Assembly: GCA_050014235.1 (NCBI GenBank)
Contig: JBEKDS010000016.1
Coordinates: forward strand, 44,760-108,759
DNA from: Acidobacteriaceae bacterium
Lineage (GTDB): Bacteria; Acidobacteriota; Terriglobia; Terriglobales; Acidobacteriaceae
Direction: 5' to 3'
DNA: 64,000 bases
Shown: piece by piece, positions 9,922-19,223 of the stretch
Layout: the number at the start of each line of letters is the position of its first letter
Position numbering within the stretch: the stretch's first letter is position 1
Notes under the pieces: model-generated
What the model saw: the letters and a program-made list of their open reading frames with translations, nothing else
What the model was told of the DNA's origin: nothing
Database searches by the model: none
Made by a program: the position numbers and the translations under genes

Positions 9922-10728
9922 ATGGACAATAACACTCCAGCGAATGCAGAGGAACAGTTGGAACCACTCGCCGATGGTCAAGTTCAGCGACCGGGCGACT
10001 TGGTGCGCGTCGAAGACGTAACCAAGTCCTTCGGCTCCAAGACCGCCGTCAAAGGTGTCTCCTTCTCCGTCCCCGCCGGCCAGATCTGCGGCCTGCTCGG
10101 CCCCAACGGTGCCGGCAAAACCACTCTCTTCCGCCTCCTCATGGGCATCCTCAAAGCCACCCAGGGCAGGATCATCATCGACTCGCTCGACGCCTTCGAC
10201 GACCGCGTCGAGGTCAAGCGCCTCATCGGCTTCCTTCCCGACGAGCCCGTCTTCTACTCTTACTTCTCCGGCCGCGAAATTCTCGAGCTCAGCGCCGCCA
10301 TGCATGGCCTGGATGTGCCCGCCACCCTGCAGCGAATGGACCCGCTCATCCATCAACTCAGGCTCGGCGTCGACATCTACGACTATGCGGAGGACTACTC
10401 CCGCGGCATGAAGAAGAAACTCGGCCTGCTCCTCGCCATGCTCCACCAGCCGAAACTTCTCGTGCTCGACGAGCCCACCAACGGCCTCGACGTTGAATCC
10501 ACCCGCCTCTTCTACGATCTCATCGCCCAGACCGCCGCCGCCGGCACCACCGTCCTCTTCTCCACCCACCTCATGGATCACGTCACCCGGCTCTGCTCCC
10601 ACGCCGTCATCGTCAATGAAGGCTCGCTCGTCGCAAACGGCTCGCTCGATGACCTTCGCGCCGAGTTCGGCGAGGCCAGCCTCGAGGAGATATTCCTCAA
10701 GCTCACCGCCCGGCCGCCCCAGAAATGA
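9922..10728 (+). CDS. ABC transporter ATP-binding protein (exporter type)
   Basis: GPNGAGKTT, YSRGMKKK signature, LVLDEP, STH; start uncertain (9859-9973). Confidence 0.92.
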   Translation: MDNNTPANAEEQLEPLADGQVQRPGDLVRVEDVTKSFGSKTAVKGVSFSVPAGQICGLLGPNGAGKTTLFRLLMGILKATQGRIIIDSLDAFDDRVEVKRLIGFLPDEPVFYSYFSGREILELSAAMHGLDVPATLQRMDPLIHQLRLGVDIYDYAEDYSRGMKKKLGLLLAMLHQPKLLVLDEPTNGLDVESTRLFYDLIAQTAAAGTTVLFSTHLMDHVTRLCSHAVIVNEGSLVANGSLDDLRAEFGEASLEEIFLKLTARPPQK

Positions 10729-13253
10729 AGAAGCAACCCACCTTTTGGACGACGCTCTGCCTCCTGCTTGGCGCCGCGCGGAAGCGCTCCACCGGCCGCC
10801 AGGCCCGGCAGCACGAGCTCCTCTCCAATCGCTCCGGAAACAACGCCGCCGACTGGGGCGCGGTCGGCTTCTTCTTCGCCGCCATCTTCATGGTGGGTCT
10901 CAACGTCGCCGCCGCCTTCGTGCTTCGCACCGCCATCGCCACAGCCCAGCGCGTCGAAGTCGAGCGCCAGGGAGGGATGGTCGTCAGCCGCCTGTTCTTC
11001 GAAGAGGCCGAAACCGCCGAACCGGGAGAGACCCCCGCGGGAAGAAGGAGGAAAGATGCCTTCTATCGCGCCATTTGCGCCCAGGAAGCCGCACGCATCG
11101 CAATCAGAACCGGAGGCGACCGGTCCGAGATCCAGGCCCAGCTCTTGGACTCGGTCAGACAGTACGGCACCTCGCACCTCGTCACCCAGGCACAACTCCC
11201 TCCTCAACCCGCCGGCCAGCGATCCAACGGCCGATTTCCCGCCATGATCGGCTCCATCGTCCTGCTCTGGTGGCTCGCCATGCTCGTCTTCCAGGGCGAA
11301 GGCCTCGAACTCGATCTCCAGCGCCGCCGCCATCCCATGTGGGAGTGGCTCTTCTCCCACCCCGCCCCGCCCGGCGCGATCTTCCTCGCGGAGATGCTCG
11401 CCCCCATCGCCGCCAATCCCATCTACTGGGGCGCGCCTCTCTTCGTCGTCACCATCTATAGCTTCACCTACAACTTCGCCCTCGGACTGCTCGCCGGCGT
11501 TCTCGTCGGCGTCCCCATCACGGTCGCCGCAGCATGCCTCGGCAAGGCGTGCGAGATCGCCGTCACCCTCCGCTTCAGCCCTCGCTCCCGCGGCGCCATG
11601 ATCGGCTTCATGAGCTGGATCGGCTACGCCTCCCTCATGCTCTTCCTCCTCGGCATCTTCCTTCTGCCCAGATTCATCGAAGCAACCGCTCGCGTCCTGT
11701 ACCCCGTCTCCATCCTGCCCTTCCCCTGGCTCCGCCTGTTCCTCGGCGGCCAATCCGATGGCTCTTGGTCATTCCCCGCGGGTGTGCTTGCCTGTTGGAT
11801 CCTCGCCGCCATCGTTATCGCCTTGGCAATCCGCTTCAGCGTCTGGGGCGCCCAGCTTGGCCTCAGCGGCGTCTCCGCCGGCAGCCAGCTCGGCCCCACA
11901 TCGCGCAGGACCGCCGCCCACTTCGGCAAGGAGCCTCTCTACCGCAAGGAGCTCCTCTGGTTCGTCCGCGATCGCAGCGCCATCGTCCAGACCATCCTCA
12001 TCCCGCTTACCGTCGCCAGCGTCCAGGTCTTCAACCTGCGCGGGGTCCTCATCCACGCCGCCGGCGCATGGAATTATCTCTGCGGCGCTGGCATTCTCTT
12101 CGGCACCTACTTCCTTTGGATCCTCGGCCCCAAGTCGCTCTCCTCCGAAGGCACCGCCCTTTGGATCGCTCTTACCTGGCCGCGCGGCCTCGAGAGCCTG
12201 CTCAGAGCCAAGGCGTGGCTCTGGTCTCTCATCTCCACCGGCATCGTCACTCTGGTTCTGGCCTGCGCCGCCCTCATGTTCCACGCGGACGCCTGGAAGA
12301 TCGCTCTGGTCCTCATCGGATGGTTCTTCTTCAGCCGCAGCATGGCGGAGAAATCCGTCACCCTCGTCACCATTACCTCGGAATCCGGCGAAGTCCAAAA
12401 GGTCCCTTGGGGACGCCGCCTCGCGGCCCAGCTCGGCATGGCCACCTTCGCCATCGGCATCCTCTCCCAGCAGTGGCACATCGCCGTCATGGGTATCGTC
12501 TACTCCTACGTCACCGCCGCCGCCATGTGGCAGAACTTCCGCGCGCGCCTGCCCTACCTCTACGATCCTTGGTCCGAGCAAATCCCGCCCCCGCCCACGC
12601 TCATGCACGCCATGATCTCCATCAGCGTCCTGGTCGAGTGTGGCGCCGTCCTTGCCGGCATCCTGCTGGTCATCGCAGGCCCCGCCAACATCGCCATCGC
12701 GCAGGCCATCGCCTACGCCGTCTGCTCGGTCGCCGTCTCCTTCGGCGTCATCAGTTTCCTCGCCAACCGCAACGTCTCCCTCCAGGACGTCATCCGCTGG
12801 CAATCACCCGCAAATCGAATCTCCGTCCCGCAACTTCTCCCCGCCCTGACGCTCGCAGCCGTCGGAGGCATCGCTCTCGGCCTCTTCGCTCACGGCTACC
12901 TCGCCGCTCTCCAACACATTCCCGCCACCGCCGGGGTCTTCCGCAAATCGCGGGAAGCCATGGCCCGGCTCCACGGCCTCCGCATCTCCTACGCCATCAT
13001 GGCCGTCGCCTTCGCGCCCTTCGCCGAAGAGTATCTCTTTCGCGGCCTCCTCTTCGGGGCGCTCGACCGAGAGTGGGGCGGCTGGCGCGCCGTCATCGGC
13101 AACGCGGCCTTCTTCGCGGTCTATCACCCCGTCACGTCCTGGCCGCCCGTCTTTCTCCTCGGCGTCTGCAACGCCCTGATCTTCAAGAAGTCCGGCCGCC
13201 TCGCCCCGGCGATTCTCCTCCACATGGTCTACAACGCTGTCGTCTTGATTTGA
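10725..13253 (+). CDS. Large polytopic ABC-permease-like protein with C-terminal CPBP (Abi/CAAX) intramembrane protease domain
   Basis: ATGA overlap with the ATPase stop; many TM helices; C-terminal APFAEEYLFRG, FFAVYH and LLHMVYN CPBP motifs. Confidence 0.8.
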   Translation: MKKQPTFWTTLCLLLGAARKRSTGRQARQHELLSNRSGNNAADWGAVGFFFAAIFMVGLNVAAAFVLRTAIATAQRVEVERQGGMVVSRLFFEEAETAEPGETPAGRRRKDAFYRAICAQEAARIAIRTGGDRSEIQAQLLDSVRQYGTSHLVTQAQLPPQPAGQRSNGRFPAMIGSIVLLWWLAMLVFQGEGLELDLQRRRHPMWEWLFSHPAPPGAIFLAEMLAPIAANPIYWGAPLFVVTIYSFTYNFALGLLAGVLVGVPITVAAACLGKACEIAVTLRFSPRSRGAMIGFMSWIGYASLMLFLLGIFLLPRFIEATARVLYPVSILPFPWLRLFLGGQSDGSWSFPAGVLACWILAAIVIALAIRFSVWGAQLGLSGVSAGSQLGPTSRRTAAHFGKEPLYRKELLWFVRDRSAIVQTILIPLTVASVQVFNLRGVLIHAAGAWNYLCGAGILFGTYFLWILGPKSLSSEGTALWIALTWPRGLESLLRAKAWLWSLISTGIVTLVLACAALMFHADAWKIALVLIGWFFFSRSMAEKSVTLVTITSESGEVQKVPWGRRLAAQLGMATFAIGILSQQWHIAVMGIVYSYVTAAAMWQNFRARLPYLYDPWSEQIPPPPTLMHAMISISVLVECGAVLAGILLVIAGPANIAIAQAIAYAVCSVAVSFGVISFLANRNVSLQDVIRWQSPANRISVPQLLPALTLAAVGGIALGLFAHGYLAALQHIPATAGVFRKSREAMARLHGLRISYAIMAVAFAPFAEEYLFRGLLFGALDREWGGWRAVIGNAAFFAVYHPVTSWPPVFLLGVCNALIFKKSGRLAPAILLHMVYNAVVLI

Positions 13254-13351
13254 CACGCAAATTGTTTGGCCACGGACATCGCCTCATACACCCCTCGCTA
13301 CGGAATTTTGATCAACTCCCCAGCTAGGGCGGCCCATAGAAGCCTTCGGTT

Positions 13352-14647
13352 TCAGGCCGACTGCGGCTGGCCGTTCACCATCACATTCTCAAACTTAAGA
13401 TCCTTCACTCCAGTAGCCGCAAGCTTGTCGCGCCCGAGCACCACGTCGAAATCCTTCAGGAGAACGTTGCTGATCTCCGTTTGACCAGGATTTGGCCGGA
13501 TCGTTCCGAAGGACCCGAAGTGTCCCTTGATCCCGATAAGGCTCAGGTTGCGCACCACGGAGGCGGGCGGCGCTGCGCCCTGCAGGTTCACATACTGAGA
13601 CCACGGCTGAACGGCGAGAATGGCGCCGGCAGTGGCCTCCGATGTGATGTTGCGGAACGTGATGTCCTCGTAGTGCTGTGGCGTGTCCGGCCGCAGCTTC
13701 AACGTCGCCACCGCCACGCCGCCGGTAATCCTACAGTTCTCGACGACCACGTCGCGCACGGTTGTGGCCTCGCTGCCCAGGGTCAACACGCCGCCACCGC
13801 GCTTGTATTCACAGTTGCTGATGCGGATGTGCTCTACCGGCGGGCTATCCGCGTCTTTCTCCGCATTGGGTCCCTTGGAGCCCTTGCACGCGATGCAATC
13901 GTCGGTGACCGAGAAGAAGCAGCCATCCACCGTCACGTTGCGCGAACTGTCAATGTCGATGCCGTCGGTGCTGGGAGCCTGCCTGTAGTCGTCCGGCACA
14001 TGGAAGCGCGCCTGCCGCACGGTGACGCCGTCGCAGTTGTAGAGATGGAGGTTCCAGAACTGCGAATCCTTGAAGGTGATGCCGTCGACCGTCACGTTGC
14101 GCGAACTTTCAATGACCGCCAGCCGCGCGCGGGGAATACCGATGTTCGGGAACTCCCTGGGATTGGGCGCCGCGTTGCGCAACTTCCAGAACGCCTCCCA
14201 GATGGGCAATCCGGCACCGTCCAGCGTTCCCTCGCCGGTGATCTGGAAACCATCGCAGTGTTTAGCGTTGATCAGCCCCGGGTTGAACTTCTCCTCAAAG
14301 TGCCCTTCGATCCGCGTGCGCTGGACCGGGAAATTGGCCAGGTCGGTCGAACATTGCAGCACCGCTCCCGCCTGCAGATGAAGGTTCACCTTCGGCTTGA
14401 AAAAGAGCGCGCCGCTGACGAAGACGCCTTGCGGGACCGCGACCGTTCCTCCGCCGTGCGAGGCCAGGCGGTCGATCGCAGCCTGAATGGCTTTGGTGTT
14501 CACCGTGACGCCGTCAGCTTTGGCGCCGAAATCGGTGATGAGGGTCTCTCGACTGGCCTTTGCGCTGGCCCGGAGTGAATAGCCCCAAAAGGGAGCGGTG
14601 GCCATCAACGACATGAATCTGCGGCGAGGGAAGATAAGAATGGACAA
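13352..14647 (-). CDS. Glycoside hydrolase family 28 (polygalacturonase-like), Tat-exported
   Basis: TTG 14647 with AGGAG gives MSILIFPRRRFM (twin Arg); ITDFGAKADG, STDGIDIDSS, TDDCIACKG motifs. Confidence 0.88.
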   Translation of the reverse strand: MSILIFPRRRFMSLMATAPFWGYSLRASAKASRETLITDFGAKADGVTVNTKAIQAAIDRLASHGGGTVAVPQGVFVSGALFFKPKVNLHLQAGAVLQCSTDLANFPVQRTRIEGHFEEKFNPGLINAKHCDGFQITGEGTLDGAGLPIWEAFWKLRNAAPNPREFPNIGIPRARLAVIESSRNVTVDGITFKDSQFWNLHLYNCDGVTVRQARFHVPDDYRQAPSTDGIDIDSSRNVTVDGCFFSVTDDCIACKGSKGPNAEKDADSPPVEHIRISNCEYKRGGGVLTLGSEATTVRDVVVENCRITGGVAVATLKLRPDTPQHYEDITFRNITSEATAGAILAVQPWSQYVNLQGAAPPASVVRNLSLIGIKGHFGSFGTIRPNPGQTEISNVLLKDFDVVLGRDKLAATGVKDLKFENVMVNGQPQSA

Positions 14648-14789
14648 GGCTGCTCCTGACGTGCGGCGGAAGGAAGACTCTTTCGGACGGCAATTGTAGA
14701 TTCTGTCGATCCGGCATGGCAACCATGTGCCGCTTGCGTCCTCAACAATTCGACCGCTCTCACATCAATCGCCCCGTTGAATGCGCGGT

Positions 14790-15812
14790 TCAACGCCATT
14801 TCAGTGCTGGCGCGACCGTAGTCAGAATTGCCTCCATGACGTGCACATTGTAGGAAACGCCCAGCTGGTTTGGGACAGTGAGCAATAGCGTGTCTGCCTC
14901 CGCGATGGCCTCGTCCTTCCTTAACTGCTGGATGAGAATATCCGGCTCAGCAGCATAGCTACGGCCGAAGACCGCCCGCGTGGTTTCGTCCAGGAAGCCG
15001 ATCTTGTCCTCGTCCTCACCGCCGCGCCCGAAGTAGGCACGATCGCGGTCCTCGATCAACGCGAAGATACTGCGGCTGACAGAGACGTGCGGGGTGCGAG
15101 TGTGCCCAGCCTCCTTCCAGGCCGCGCGGAAGGAGCGAATCTGCGCGGCTTGTTGGATGTGGAGCGGCTCGCCGGTCTCGTCGAATTTGAGGGTTGAAGT
15201 CTGCAGGTTCATTCCCAGCTTCGCGGCCCAAACAGCTGTCGCGTTGGAAGCAGACCCCCACCAGATCCGGTCGCGCAATCCCTTGGAGTGCGGCTCAAGA
15301 CGCAGAAGTCCTGGCGGATTGGGAAACATCGGACGCGGGTTAGGCCGCGCGAAGCCCTTCCCGCGCAGCAGCTCGAGAAAATCTTCCGCATGTCGCCGGC
15401 CCATATCTGCATCGTCCTCGCATTTAGCCGGGCTGTAGCCAAAGTAGCGCCAACCATCGATGACCTGCTCGGGCGAACCGCGGCTGATTCCCAACTGCAG
15501 CCGGCCCCCGGAGATGAGATCGGCAGCTCCAGCGTCCTCCGCCATGGAATGAGGATTCTCGTACCGCATGTCGATCACCGCGGTGCCAATCTCAATCGTT
15601 CGTGTCTTGGCGCCCACCGCCGCGAGCAGTGGAAACGGGGACGCCAGTTGCTGCGCGAAGTGATGAACCCGGAAGTAGGCTCCATCCATTCCCACGCGCT
15701 CGGCCTCCACGGCGAGGTCGATGGATTGCAGCAGCGCGTCGGCCGCTGACTGCGTTCGTGATTGCGGTGAAGATGTCCAATGACCGAATGAGAGGAACCC
15801 AAGTTTTTTCAT
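14790..15812 (-). CDS. LLM-class flavin-dependent oxidoreductase (luciferase-like)
   Basis: MKKLGFLSFGHW, RVHHFA, IEIGTAVIDMRYENP, GRLQLGISRGS. Confidence 0.9.
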   Translation of the reverse strand: MKKLGFLSFGHWTSSPQSRTQSAADALLQSIDLAVEAERVGMDGAYFRVHHFAQQLASPFPLLAAVGAKTRTIEIGTAVIDMRYENPHSMAEDAGAADLISGGRLQLGISRGSPEQVIDGWRYFGYSPAKCEDDADMGRRHAEDFLELLRGKGFARPNPRPMFPNPPGLLRLEPHSKGLRDRIWWGSASNATAVWAAKLGMNLQTSTLKFDETGEPLHIQQAAQIRSFRAAWKEAGHTRTPHVSVSRSIFALIEDRDRAYFGRGGEDEDKIGFLDETTRAVFGRSYAAEPDILIQQLRKDEAIAEADTLLLTVPNQLGVSYNVHVMEAILTTVAPALKWR

Positions 15813-15898
15813 ACAATCCAGTCTCCCATCTGGGCCAGGAAATATCACCATCCCTCGATCTCCCCTGGCGCCCAATTCGTCTGCTGCCCCGGTGCCGT

Positions 15899-17353
15899 TC
15901 AACCACCCGGATGGAAGACTTTTTGGTTACTCACAGCCTTACCGTCCCCCCGCTTCAGGCTACGGAAGACAATCGTTGAAACAATGGTCAATGCCCCGAG
16001 CGCCACCAGAGCTTTGTGAATGCCATGGACCATCTCGGTCGGATCGGAACCTCCACCGCTGGGAACAAAGAACGCCGTCACCAGTCCAGCGGCCGCGACG
16101 CCAAAGCTGATCGACATCTGTTGCATGGTACTGGCGATGGAGCTTGCGGCGCTGTTTTCCTGATCTGTGGTGTCGGCATAGACAAGCGTATTCATGCTTG
16201 TGTACTGCAACGACGTAAACGCCCCATAAAAGAATGCCTGCAACACAATCATCCACACTGGCGTATGCAGACGGATGGTCGCGAACAGCAGCAGGAGCAA
16301 ACCGAGGATCAGCGTGTTCGAGATGAGCACCCAACGATAGCCGATGGCAGACAACAGACGGGGCATCACCACCTTCATGCTCATGGCGGCCAGGGCCTGC
16401 GGCATGATGAGCAGACCCGACTCCACCGGACTGAACCCGAGCCCTACCTGATAGAGCAAGGGCAGGAGAAACGGCACGCCTCCAATCCCTAGCCGGGTAA
16501 AGAAGCTCCCGCTGACCGCCGCGCGAAAGGTACGAATCTTGAATAAGCTGAGCTGGAGCAACGGATAAGCGAGTGACTTCGCGTGCAACCAATAGCCAGC
16601 GAGCAGGGCAAGAGAGAGAACGAGTAGTCCAGATATCTCACGCACGCTGAGGGTGTGCTCTCCAAAGACCTCCAGCACGTAGGACAACAGCGCGATACCG
16701 GAACCAAAGAGGATCAGCCCCACCGTATCCAGCGGATGCGTCTTTTCCCGGTAGTCGGGCAGGTGCAGATAGACCAGAATCAAGCCGACCAGACCGATAG
16801 GAATGTTGAGAAAGAAGATCACCCGCCAGTGAAGATAGCCGACGATCAAACCGCCGGCAATGGGCCCAAGCATGGGCGCGATCAGGGCCGGTATCGAAAC
16901 GAAACTCATCGTGCGCAGAAGTTCGGATTTCGCGAAGGTTCGCACCAGAGTGAGCCGGCCCACCGGCACCATCATGGACCCGCCGCAGCCCTGCAGGATG
17001 CGGAAAGCAACGAGCACATGGATGTCGCTCGATACGCCGCAAAGAAAGGATCCCAGAGTAAAGAGTCCGATTGCTGTGGCGAATACCCGCCGTGTTCCGA
17101 ATCTGTCCGCAACCCACCCGCTGATAGGAATGAACACGGCAAGGCTCAACGTGTAGCTGGCCAGCACAGCTTTCATGCTGAGAGGACCAACATGCAGGGC
17201 TGCCGAGATCGCCGGCACCGCCGTATTGAGGATGGTGGTATCGAGCGACTCCATGAAGAACGCAACCGCGACAAGCCACGGAAGGAGCCGTTTACTGGTG
17301 GCCGAGGGAGCCGAAGGAACCGCCATTGCGTTCGAAGGGCCGGGTGGACTCAT
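15899..17353 (-). CDS. DHA2-family MFS efflux transporter
   Basis: FMESLDTTILNTAVP, GWVADRFGTRR, about 14 TM helices; start approximate. Confidence 0.9.
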   Translation of the reverse strand: MSPPGPSNAMAVPSAPSATSKRLLPWLVAVAFFMESLDTTILNTAVPAISAALHVGPLSMKAVLASYTLSLAVFIPISGWVADRFGTRRVFATAIGLFTLGSFLCGVSSDIHVLVAFRILQGCGGSMMVPVGRLTLVRTFAKSELLRTMSFVSIPALIAPMLGPIAGGLIVGYLHWRVIFFLNIPIGLVGLILVYLHLPDYREKTHPLDTVGLILFGSGIALLSYVLEVFGEHTLSVREISGLLVLSLALLAGYWLHAKSLAYPLLQLSLFKIRTFRAAVSGSFFTRLGIGGVPFLLPLLYQVGLGFSPVESGLLIMPQALAAMSMKVVMPRLLSAIGYRWVLISNTLILGLLLLLFATIRLHTPVWMIVLQAFFYGAFTSLQYTSMNTLVYADTTDQENSAASSIASTMQQMSISFGVAAAGLVTAFFVPSGGGSDPTEMVHGIHKALVALGALTIVSTIVFRSLKRGDGKAVSNQKVFHPGG

Positions 17354-17463
17354 AGAACAATAAGAACACGCAACCGCAGAAGCCCTGCGGGGAGCAAGTT
17401 GCCGCAAAGCCGGCTTCGCAGACATCGAGCTCCGTCCATGCCCGCAGGCGGTATAGTGATGCC

Positions 17464-19137
17464 ATGCTTCCAGGATGGCGTACTGCTCTTCTCCTCGCGA
17501 TCGTCTGCGTCCTCCGTCCCGCTGCCGCCCAGCAGTACGACCTCCTCATCCGCAACGGCCACATCGTCGATGGCACCGGCTCCCCCTGGTACAGCGGAGA
17601 CATCGCCATCCAGAACGGCCACATTGCCGCCATCGGCCCGCTCCGCAACGCCTCTGCGAAGCAGACCATCGACGCCCACGGCCTCACCGTCGCTCCCGGA
17701 TTCATCGACATGCTCGGCCAGTCGGAGATGTCCATCCTCGTCGATCCCCATCTGCCCTCCAAGATCTTCCAGGGCATCACCACCGAGATCACCGGAGAAG
17801 GCGAATCGATCGCGCCCACCAACGACCGGATCAACGCCGCAAACCAGTCGACCTACACGCACTACGGAGTCACCCCCGACTGGCACTCCCTCGCCGACTA
17901 CTTCAACCGCATCGAGCGCCAGGGCATGGGCATCAACCTGGCCTCGTTCATGGGCGCAGCTACAGCTCGCCGCATCGTCATCGGCGACGTCAACCGGCCG
18001 CCCACGCCAGCTGAACTCGCCCGCATGCAGGCCCTCGTCCTGGACGCCATGCACCAGGGCGCCGTCGGTCTCTCCACCGCCCTCCAGTACGCCCCTGCTC
18101 CCTACGCCGGCACCGAAGAGCTGATCGCTCTCGCCTCCACGGCTTCCAGCGCCGGTGGAATCTATGCCACCCACATGCGCTCGGAGGGCAACCAGATCGA
18201 TGCCGCGCTAGACGAAACTTTCCGCATATCGCGCGAGGCGAAGATTCCCGCAGTCATCTGGCACCTCAAGATCTCCGGCAAATCGAACTGGGGAAAGATG
18301 CCTGAGATAGTCGCCCGCATCGACGCGGCCCGCGCCTCCGGCCTCGACATCTCCGCTAACACCTACGCCTACACTGCAGCCTCCAACTCCTTCCCTGCCT
18401 TTGTCCCTCCCTGGGCGCACGACGGAGGCGACGCCGCCATGGTCGCCCGCATCCGCGACCCTGCCCAGCGCGCCCGCATCCGCGACAGCATCGAGCACGA
18501 CACAAGTTGGGACAACGAGTGGCTCCAGGTGGAGGGCCCGGCCAGCTTTCTCCTTACCTCGACCACAAATCCCGACCTCCAACCACTCCTCGGAAAGAGC
18601 CTCGCCGAGATCGCCGCCGCGCAGCACAAAGACCCCATCGATTGCGCCCTCGACCTCATCGCCTCCGATCCGGCCCTTAGCATCGCCATGTTTGTCATGT
18701 CCGAGCCCGACGTCGCCTTGGCGCTCAAGCAACCCTGGGTATCAATCGTCAACGACAACTCCGGCACTTCGATCGATGGCGTCCTGGGCAAAGACCATCC
18801 GCATCCCCGGGCCTACGGGACCTTCCCCCGCATCCTCCGCAAGTACGTCCGCGAGGACCATCTCCTCACCCTGCCCGACGCGATCCGCAAGTTCACCTCG
18901 CTGCCCGCCCAGACCATGCACCTGGCGGACCGGGGCGTCTTGAAGGCCGGCATGTGGGCCGACATCGTCATCTTCGATCCCGACAAGGTCGCCGACCTCG
19001 CAACCTACGCCAACCCCAACCAATACTCCGTAGGGATGAACTACGTGCTGGTGAACGGAACCCCCGTGATCGCCGGCGGCAAGATGACCCAGGCGTTGCC
19101 AGGCAAGGTGCTGCGCGGCCCTGGCTACACACCATAG
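17464..19137 (+). CDS. N-acyl-D-amino-acid deacylase (D-aminoacylase), signal peptide
   Basis: YDLLIRNGHIVDGTG, VAPGFIDM, HPRAYGTFPR, ADIVIFDP. Confidence 0.9.
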   Translation: MLPGWRTALLLAIVCVLRPAAAQQYDLLIRNGHIVDGTGSPWYSGDIAIQNGHIAAIGPLRNASAKQTIDAHGLTVAPGFIDMLGQSEMSILVDPHLPSKIFQGITTEITGEGESIAPTNDRINAANQSTYTHYGVTPDWHSLADYFNRIERQGMGINLASFMGAATARRIVIGDVNRPPTPAELARMQALVLDAMHQGAVGLSTALQYAPAPYAGTEELIALASTASSAGGIYATHMRSEGNQIDAALDETFRISREAKIPAVIWHLKISGKSNWGKMPEIVARIDAARASGLDISANTYAYTAASNSFPAFVPPWAHDGGDAAMVARIRDPAQRARIRDSIEHDTSWDNEWLQVEGPASFLLTSTTNPDLQPLLGKSLAEIAAAQHKDPIDCALDLIASDPALSIAMFVMSEPDVALALKQPWVSIVNDNSGTSIDGVLGKDHPHPRAYGTFPRILRKYVREDHLLTLPDAIRKFTSLPAQTMHLADRGVLKAGMWADIVIFDPDKVADLATYANPNQYSVGMNYVLVNGTPVIAGGKMTQALPGKVLRGPGYTP

Positions 19138-19223
19138 AAAGCTACGGAACATCAATCCTCAGCAGCACAGGGGCCGCCGCAGGCAGCCATGGAAGCCGGA
19201 ACACCCAACTCGAAGCACTTACC

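Noticed and set aside
10578-13327. Several 300-600 aa alternative-frame or antisense ORFs over the ABC-CPBP genes
   Set aside because: Arg/Pro- or Gly/Glu-rich low-complexity products expected from strongly C-biased codons.
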